Part shown: positions 58,007-64,000 of the stretch, piece by piece
Numbering within the stretch: position 1 is the stretch's first letter
Layout of the letters: each line of letters opens with the position of its first letter
Assembly (NCBI GenBank): GCA_002500135.1
Contig: DLSM01000006.1
Span: 185,488-249,487, forward strand
DNA length: 64,000 bases
Reading direction: 5' to 3'
From: Christensenella sp. UBA7862
GTDB taxonomy: Bacteria; Bacillota; Clostridia; Christensenellales; UBA1242
Translations under genes and position numbers: made by a program
Notes under the pieces: generated by a model
What the model saw: only the letters and a program-made list of their open reading frames with translations
What the model was told of the DNA's origin: nothing
Databases searched by the model: none

Positions 58007-58631
58007 ATATAACGAAAGAACTGAAGTAAATTTAGACTTAAAACTAGCGGAACTATTCAAAGTAATCAAGGCGAATAAGCAAATTCAATCAGATGCAAGT
58101 ATAGTTTCAAAGGTAATATTAACAAACATATTGTCACCAGATAGAACGAACCTAGAACCAAGCGAAAATGTGAAAGAAATATACATAATGGACATTGTTC
58201 TTAACAAAGCAGCAGCCCCAACAAAGTTTATAGATGCACTGAATAAATACATAAACTTTCAAATACTTTTTAGATTGCGATATGAAGTAGAGGTCAAATA
58301 TATCACATCACTAAAAGCATTTACTGAAGATAAAACCAAGGTTTTGAAAACTTGCGAAAGTGATTGGCAAAAAGAAAATAAAGAGGAACTTCCAAGCACT
58401 AGTAAATTAGAAAATGTTTTCAAAGCAATGGTAAGTTACATCACGAAAATAAAGTTCAGACAAGATGAAACTTTTGATGAATACACAGACCGAACCAACC
58501 AAATAAAAAAACACAAAACAGAGATTGAGAAGCTAACAAAAACTCGTGATGCAGAAAAACAACCAAACACAAAAATGGCGATAAACAGCCAAATAAAAGA
58601 ACTCAAAAGAGAATTGGAGGAAATGTTATGA
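57999..58631 (+). CDS. DUF4391-like protein (210 aa)
   Basis: It overlaps the SNF2 stop by 8 nt. The pattern VKEIYIMDIVLNKAAAPTKFIDALNKYINFQILFRL, followed by a Lys/Glu-rich coiled-coil tail, matches my recollection of the DUF4391 (PF14335) family. That family is often found beside SNF2 helicase and methyltransferase genes. An HMM search is needed. Confidence 0.5.
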   Translation: MFKYNERTEVNLDLKLAELFKVIKANKQIQSDASIVSKVILTNILSPDRTNLEPSENVKEIYIMDIVLNKAAAPTKFIDALNKYINFQILFRLRYEVEVKYITSLKAFTEDKTKVLKTCESDWQKENKEELPSTSKLENVFKAMVSYITKIKFRQDETFDEYTDRTNQIKKHKTEIEKLTKTRDAEKQPNTKMAINSQIKELKRELEEML

Positions 58632-59122
58632 AAAAAGAAATGAATTTAGAGGAAAACAATGATTTGATATGTGAATTATCTTATATTAGTGATGATGAGA
58701 AAGATAATCTCAAATCATCAATCATAAAGTTTGTTTGTTATTTTAACTTATTTGAAAGTTATTTAAACGAAAGAGGCATAGATCATTGGTATGATTTTTT
58801 TGATAAATACACAGTTGATGAAAGTTTGATAAATAAATATTTTGAATTTTTCTATAAGAGATATGTAAAAGATGATGAAGTAAATGATCAATTTAATAGT
58901 TTTTATGGCGTTGTTAAAGAAAATTATCTAAATCAATTAAAAAATGATTTAATTCAAAAACAAAATAAACCTAAATCGGTGTTATCAATTTCTTATTATT
59001 TTAGGAACAATCTATTTCACGGACATAAAGCTATATGTCAGTTGAAAAAGTATGTTGCTTGTTTTGAAAAAATCACGGAATTTTTATTAAAAATAATGGA
59101 AAATGCAAAGGAGAAAAAATAA
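58628..59122 (+). CDS. Small all-alpha protein with an Rx4H motif: putative HEPN-domain protein (164 aa)
   Basis: It has an ATGA overlap with the upstream gene and a TAATG overlap with mod. SISYYFRNNLFHGHKA contains R-N-x3-H, with the polar residue after Arg typical of HEPN RNase motifs. The size suits a minimal HEPN domain. It is the most AT-rich gene of the operon. Confidence 0.4.
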   Translation: MKKEMNLEENNDLICELSYISDDEKDNLKSSIIKFVCYFNLFESYLNERGIDHWYDFFDKYTVDESLINKYFEFFYKRYVKDDEVNDQFNSFYGVVKENYLNQLKNDLIQKQNKPKSVLSISYYFRNNLFHGHKAICQLKKYVACFEKITEFLLKIMENAKEKK

Positions 59123-60981
59123 TGGATAAATTACAAATGCGAAGTAAAAATTTGGTGGATGAAAATATTAGTAAAATTGCAGAGTTATTCCCTAACTGTA
59201 TTACTGAGGGAAAAGATGAAAATGGACAAGTTGTTAAACTTGTTGATTTTGACTTGCTTAAACAAGAATTGTCGAAAGAAATTGTTGAGGGTAATGATGA
59301 AAGATATACACTTAATTGGGCAGGTAAAAAACAAGCAATTTTAACTGCAAATTCACCTATCAATGCAACACTACGCCCTTGCAGAGAAGAAAGTGTTGAT
59401 TTTGATAGCACAAAAAACCTTTACATTGAGGGAGACAACCTTGACGTCCTTAAACTTCTGCGTGAAACTTACTTGAACAAAGTTAAAATGATTTATATTG
59501 ACCCACCTTACAATACTGGTAATGATTTTGTGTATGAAGATGATTTTGCTAGTAGTACTGAAGATTATTTGCAAGCAAGTAAGAGTTATGATGATCAAGG
59601 CAATAGAATGTTCCAAAACAACGATTCAAATGGTAGATTTCATTCTGATTGGCTTTCAATGATGTATTCAAGACTGAAATTAGCAAAAGATTTATTAACT
59701 GATGATGGTGTAATTTTTATTTCTATTGATGACAATGAACAAGAGAATTTAAAGAAAATTTGTAATGAAATATTTGGTGAATTAAATTTTATTGGCACAC
59801 ATATACGAAAAACAGTATCCCAAAGAGCAATGGCAAAAAATTATAATACACAACACGAATATTGCTTAATCTATACTAAAAATAATAATAATTTTGATTT
59901 ATGTGGCGACGAAAAAAACTTTAATGTTTACAGTAATCCAGATAATGATCCACGAGGAGATTGGAAAACATCTGATCCCACTATGAGTGGATCTAAAAAT
60001 AATTTCGAGATTATCAATCCATATAACGGAAAAATAGATTTTCCACCAAAAGGAAGAGGTTGGGCTTTTACTAAAGAAAAATTTGATTGTTTAGTAGATG
60101 AAGGGATAGTTATTTTCAAGAAAGATTGCAAGGAATCGGAAAGAGGTTTTATTTACAAAGCTTATAAAAAAGATTTAAGAAGTCAGAATTTGCTTTTAAA
60201 TTCTCTAGACGTTTGCGAAAATCAATATATGAATCAAGTTTCGACAAAAGAAATGATAGAATTATTTGATGAACGAATGTTTGACTATGCCAAACCAGTT
60301 TCATTTGTAAGGAAAATATTAAGTTATGATAAAAATAAAGAATCAATTATATTAGATTTTTTCTCGGGCTCAGCAACAACTGCTCAAGCGGTCATGCAAT
60401 TGAATGTTGAAGATGGCGAAAATAGAAAATACATAATGGTTCAACTTCCTGAAATAACTGACGAAAACAGTGAAGCATATAAAGCTGGGTATAAGACAAT
60501 TTGTGAAATAGGCAAAGAAAGAATTCGTAGAGCAGGGAAAAATATAAAGGATGAAAATCCTGGCAAAAAAATTGATGTTGGTTTCCGTGTATTTAAACTT
60601 GACAGTAGTTGTATGAAAGACATTTATTATTCTCCAAATAAAACGACACAAGATTTGCTCACTCAATTTGAAGATAACATCAAAGAAGATAGAACCCCAG
60701 AAGATTTGTTATTCCAAGTAATGCTTGATATGGGTGTTATGCTTTCAAGTGAAATAAAGACCTTAGAGATCAATGGCAAAAAAGTATTCAATGTAAACGA
60801 TGGCGACCTAGTTTGCTGTTTTGATAAAGACCTTAACGATGATGTCGTTACAGCAATAGCAAAAATGCAACCATTGTATGCCGTATTTAGAGATGCAAGT
60901 ATGTCAACTGACAGTGTAGCAGTAAACTTTGACCAAATTTTTGAGACATATTCGCCAACTACAACAAGGAAAATAATATAG
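59122..60981 (+). CDS. mod: Type III-style N6-adenine DNA methyltransferase (Mod; beta-class, N6_N4_Mtase) (619 aa)
   Basis: Motif IV, MIYIDPPYNTGNDFVYEDDF, precedes motif I, LDFFSGSATTAQAV. A variable middle (TRD) region separates them. The N-terminus ERYTLNWAGKKQA is typical of Mod proteins. Confidence 0.88.
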   Translation: MDKLQMRSKNLVDENISKIAELFPNCITEGKDENGQVVKLVDFDLLKQELSKEIVEGNDERYTLNWAGKKQAILTANSPINATLRPCREESVDFDSTKNLYIEGDNLDVLKLLRETYLNKVKMIYIDPPYNTGNDFVYEDDFASSTEDYLQASKSYDDQGNRMFQNNDSNGRFHSDWLSMMYSRLKLAKDLLTDDGVIFISIDDNEQENLKKICNEIFGELNFIGTHIRKTVSQRAMAKNYNTQHEYCLIYTKNNNNFDLCGDEKNFNVYSNPDNDPRGDWKTSDPTMSGSKNNFEIINPYNGKIDFPPKGRGWAFTKEKFDCLVDEGIVIFKKDCKESERGFIYKAYKKDLRSQNLLLNSLDVCENQYMNQVSTKEMIELFDERMFDYAKPVSFVRKILSYDKNKESIILDFFSGSATTAQAVMQLNVEDGENRKYIMVQLPEITDENSEAYKAGYKTICEIGKERIRRAGKNIKDENPGKKIDVGFRVFKLDSSCMKDIYYSPNKTTQDLLTQFEDNIKEDRTPEDLLFQVMLDMGVMLSSEIKTLEINGKKVFNVNDGDLVCCFDKDLNDDVVTAIAKMQPLYAVFRDASMSTDSVAVNFDQIFETYSPTTTRKII

Positions 60982-61108
60982 GATTAGTGTTACTAAAGAT
61001 ATAAATTTATTGAATAATTTAAACATTTATGACCAAATAAAAATTTCAAACCTATAGTAAAACTTGATTTTAAAATAAATTGTCAAAATCTTAAAAAAGG
61101 AGAAATAA

Positions 61109-61873
61109 ATGACAAACAAAGTTAAAGAAATAAAGTATTTTTGTGCTAAATGTTATCAAGATTACACACAAGATATTAGTATTTGTCCGTTTTGTAAGAA
61201 TAGATTAATTAAAAAAGAAATTTATTGGGATTTAGAAGCACATGGATATTTTATAAAAATTTCAAGTTTGATTGCTTTAAAAAATATGAGAAAAGGTGCA
61301 ATATGGTTCAGACCACCTGTTTATTTTAATAGATATGAACAAGATGATGTCATTGGAGACAGCCAAGAGTTTTTAGTTCAAGTTGATCCAGATGATAAAA
61401 AGTTTGATCCTAATATAAACAAGAAATTAATATTTTGTATGTACTTTTTGACAACAGATAAAAATGGTAATTATTCTATTCCAGAGCAAGATAAAGATAA
61501 TTTGCAAAAATTTGGTAATTCAGTTTCTTTTATTAGTTTTGCAAAGTTCAAAAAATTAATTGAAAAGTATGTTATTAGAGAGGCTAATAAAATAGTTGGT
61601 AACCATGTTTCTTATTATACAGATAAGATGTGTGGGGCTATTAACCCATTCTTTAAAAGAATAAAATATAACTATCAAAACGAGTATAGATTTATTTTAG
61701 AAGATGAAAGGTTTCTTAGTCTATATAACGAAGATGGTTCATTAAAGGAAGACAAATTTGTTTATAAACATAGAAGAAATCTAAAAAAAGTTTTTAGCAA
61801 GCCAATCGATTTAGAAATTATTCTTAATAGCCAAAACGAAAAGGATTGGGATCATTTGATTAAGATGTATTAA
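61109..61873 (+). CDS. Zinc-ribbon protein with a DUF2971-like body (254 aa), inserted between mod and res
   Basis: It has its own RBS, AAAGGAG. YFCAKCYQDYTQDISICPFCKNRL is a CxxC-x12-CxxC ribbon. GAIWFRPPVYFNRYEQDDVIGDSQE and YQNEYRFIL resemble the DUF2971 signatures from memory. The gene is very AT-rich. Confidence 0.4.
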   Translation: MTNKVKEIKYFCAKCYQDYTQDISICPFCKNRLIKKEIYWDLEAHGYFIKISSLIALKNMRKGAIWFRPPVYFNRYEQDDVIGDSQEFLVQVDPDDKKFDPNINKKLIFCMYFLTTDKNGNYSIPEQDKDNLQKFGNSVSFISFAKFKKLIEKYVIREANKIVGNHVSYYTDKMCGAINPFFKRIKYNYQNEYRFILEDERFLSLYNEDGSLKEDKFVYKHRRNLKKVFSKPIDLEIILNSQNEKDWDHLIKMY

Positions 61874-61884
61874 GGAGAACACAA

Positions 61885-64000
61885 ATGAAATTTAGATTTA
61901 AGACACAGTCGTATCAGCAAGATGCTGTAATAAATATTTGCAAGGTATTTAAAGGGCAGCCAAAGTTGGATATGATTAGATACACAAGAGATTTGGGTAT
62001 TAGGAGAAAGGAGACTGGAAAGCCTCAATTTGGAATGTTTGACGCCTATGAAGAAAATGATGATGGTTTCGAAAATGCTAAAATACTGCTTGATGAAACT
62101 GACATTTTGCAAAACATAAAGCATATTCAACAAGATTGCAACTACAAAGAGTCAGAAGAATTGGTTAAAGGTCTTGGCAAATGTTCGCTTGACATTGAAA
62201 TGGAAACAGGCACAGGCAAAACATATGTATATATCAACACCATTTTTGATTTGAACGAAAGATATGGTTGGAGTAAATTCATAGTTGTTGTTCCTAGCAT
62301 TGCTATTCGTGAAGGTGTTAAAAAGTCATTCCAGATGATGGAAGATCACTTCATGGATCGTTATCACAAAAAGGCAAGATATTTTGTTTACAACAGCAAA
62401 AGGCTTAGTGAATTAGATAGTTTTGCTTCATCTAGTGATATCAATGTAATGATCATTAACACGCAAGCATTCAATGCTCGTGGCACTGATGCCAGAAGAA
62501 TTGATATGGTTCTTGATGAATTTCAATCAAGAAAACCAATTGATGTTGTAGCAAAAACAAGACCAATACTGATCCTTGATGAACCACAAAAGATGGGCGA
62601 TGAAAAGAGTGCAACACAACTTTCACTTCGCAAATTTAATCCACTATTTTGTATGAACTTCTCAGCAACACACAAAAAGCAACACAACCTTGTATATTGC
62701 TTGGATGCAGTGGATGCATACAATAAATGCTTGGTTAAAAAGATTCAAGTCAAGGGCTTTGAGATTAAGAATTTGCGTGGAACAGATAAATACTTGTATT
62801 TGCAAGACATCGTGCTTTCACCAAACAAACCACCAATGTGTAAGTTAGAGTTTGAAATAAACTATAACAAGTCAATCAATAGAGAGACAAGAATCCTTGG
62901 CAAAGGCGACAACTTGTATCACAAGTCTAACCAAATGGAACAATACAAGAACGATTATATAATCTCAGACATCAATCCATTTAACAACACAATCACTTTC
63001 CTAAATGGACAAGTATTGCACATTGGCGAAGTGCTAGGGGATGTTTCAGATAAAGACCTTAGAAGAATACAAATAAGAGAAACAATTCGTTCACACTTTG
63101 AAAAAGAAGAGAAGCTTTACGATAAAGGAATTAAATGCTTGTCATTGTTCTTCATTGATGAGGTTGTAAAGTATAGAGATTACAACGAGCCAGATGAAAA
63201 AGGCGAATATGCAAGAATGTTTGAAGAAGAGTACACAAAGGCACTCAACGAAAAGATAACACTATTCGAAACACCTTACATTCGCTACTTGAAAGGCATT
63301 GATGTTAAAGACACACACAAAGGTTATTTCTCAATAGATAAAAAGACCGGAAGAATGATCGATTCAAAGGAAAGCAAAGGCGAAGGCTCAGATGATATTT
63401 CAGCATACGACCTTATTTTGAAAAACAAAGAGAGATTGCTTTCAAAGGAAGAACCAACAAGATTCATATTCTCACACTCAGCACTTCGTGAAGGTTGGGA
63501 TAACCCTAACATCTTCCAAATTTGTGCATTGAAACCCGGTGGCGACAGTGCAATTGCAAAGCGACAAGAGGTCGGTCGTGGACTTCGTATTGCTGTAAAT
63601 ATGATAGGGGATAGAACAGACCTTCACTATTTCAAGAATGAGAGATCATCATTCCATAATGTCAACACTTTAACAGTTATTGCAACTGACAGTTATAAAG
63701 ACTTTGTTGGTTCAATACAAAAAGTGCTTAAAGAAAACCTTGCAGACAGACCTACAAGGGCAACAATTGAATATTTCCGTGGCAAGTTCGTTAGCGATGG
63801 AAAAGAGAGAATTCAGGTCAACAACGATATGGCAAGTGATATTCAAAGTTATTTGAGATTTAACGGTTATGCCGATAAAGATAACAAAATCACTCAAAAA
63901 TACTTTGATGACAAGGCAAACAACACGCTTGCCGCAATGCCAGAAATCCTTGCGCCATACACAGAAAGTGTGCATAAACTTGTTGAAAGCATTTACAATG
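61885..64000 (+). CDS. res: Type III restriction endonuclease Res subunit (helicase part; 3' end beyond the window)
   Basis: This ORF is not in the supplied track because it has no stop inside the window. I translated it by hand from ATG 61885 (RBS AAGGAG) and found no stop to nt 64000 (705 codons). Motifs: DIEMETGTGKTYVY (I), ILILDEPQKM (II), NFSATH (III), ALREGWDNPNIFQICALK and QEVGRGLRIAV (VI). The C-terminal nuclease domain is not in the window. Confidence 0.88.
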   Translation, partial: MKFRFKTQSYQQDAVINICKVFKGQPKLDMIRYTRDLGIRRKETGKPQFGMFDAYEENDDGFENAKILLDETDILQNIKHIQQDCNYKESEELVKGLGKCSLDIEMETGTGKTYVYINTIFDLNERYGWSKFIVVVPSIAIREGVKKSFQMMEDHFMDRYHKKARYFVYNSKRLSELDSFASSSDINVMIINTQAFNARGTDARRIDMVLDEFQSRKPIDVVAKTRPILILDEPQKMGDEKSATQLSLRKFNPLFCMNFSATHKKQHNLVYCLDAVDAYNKCLVKKIQVKGFEIKNLRGTDKYLYLQDIVLSPNKPPMCKLEFEINYNKSINRETRILGKGDNLYHKSNQMEQYKNDYIISDINPFNNTITFLNGQVLHIGEVLGDVSDKDLRRIQIRETIRSHFEKEEKLYDKGIKCLSLFFIDEVVKYRDYNEPDEKGEYARMFEEEYTKALNEKITLFETPYIRYLKGIDVKDTHKGYFSIDKKTGRMIDSKESKGEGSDDISAYDLILKNKERLLSKEEPTRFIFSHSALREGWDNPNIFQICALKPGGDSAIAKRQEVGRGLRIAVNMIGDRTDLHYFKNERSSFHNVNTLTVIATDSYKDFVGSIQKVLKENLADRPTRATIEYFRGKFVSDGKERIQVNNDMASDIQSYLRFNGYADKDNKITQKYFDDKANNTLAAMPEILAPYTESVHKLVESIYN

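Noticed and set aside
59122-60981. Simple-sequence-repeat phase variation of the mod gene, as is common in type III mod genes
   Set aside because: Reading the gene, I found only short runs, such as (AAT)4 near 59881 and short A-runs. There is no long homopolymer and no tetra- or pentanucleotide tract. The inverted-repeat switch upstream is the better candidate.
54698-64000. Calling the island DISARM, BREX or a type I R-M system
   Set aside because: There is no DUF1998/DrmB, DrmA or PLD (DISARM). There is no PglZ, BrxC or BrxL (BREX). There is no HsdS or HsdR (type I). Only the type III Mod/Res signatures are clear, and the rest is left unassigned.

Overview
This 64-kb window comes from a low-GC, Bacillota (Firmicutes)-like chromosome. 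spoVG, a Sua5-type tsaC, lipoboxes and GLUG/WxL-type surface proteins support that placement, but the taxon cannot be fixed from sequence alone. All domain calls rest on motifs I read in the ORF translations; no search was run.

Layout:
- (1) 1-36.2 kb: surface-protein territory. It holds a 5'-truncated giant repeat protein of more than 5,460 aa, a 1,091-aa GLUG-repeat protein and a 2,377-aa lipoprotein. A housekeeping block interrupts it: an IS200-type tnpA element, spoVG, murC, rpmE, a SHOCT membrane protein, a PEBP protein, a HAD-[FeFe]-hydrogenase fusion, metG and dtd.
- (2) 36.3-40.0 kb: a collagen-like (BclA-type) gene, a DUF11-like gene, a Cys-rich gene, then tsaC.
- (3) 40.4-47.7 kb: a complete type II-A CRISPR-Cas locus. 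It comprises a minus-strand tracrRNA that I predict from anti-repeat complementarity, cas9-cas1-cas2-csn2, a leader, and 15 identical 36-nt repeats with 14 spacers of 30 nt.
- (4) 47.8-53.7 kb: a RadC-like protein with a degenerate JAMM motif, an XRE regulator with tandem operators, a transglutaminase-like anchored protein and a WxL-like protein.
- (5) 53.8-64.0 kb: the most interesting part. A small serine recombinase lies next to a 16-bp perfect inverted repeat that brackets a promoter-bearing 130-bp segment (candidate inverton). This is followed by a translationally coupled operon of SNF2 helicase, DUF4391-like protein, HEPN-like protein (RNNLFH) and type III Mod. Next come an AT-rich zinc-ribbon/DUF2971-like gene and a type III Res gene that runs off the window.

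No rRNA or tRNA genes were seen.
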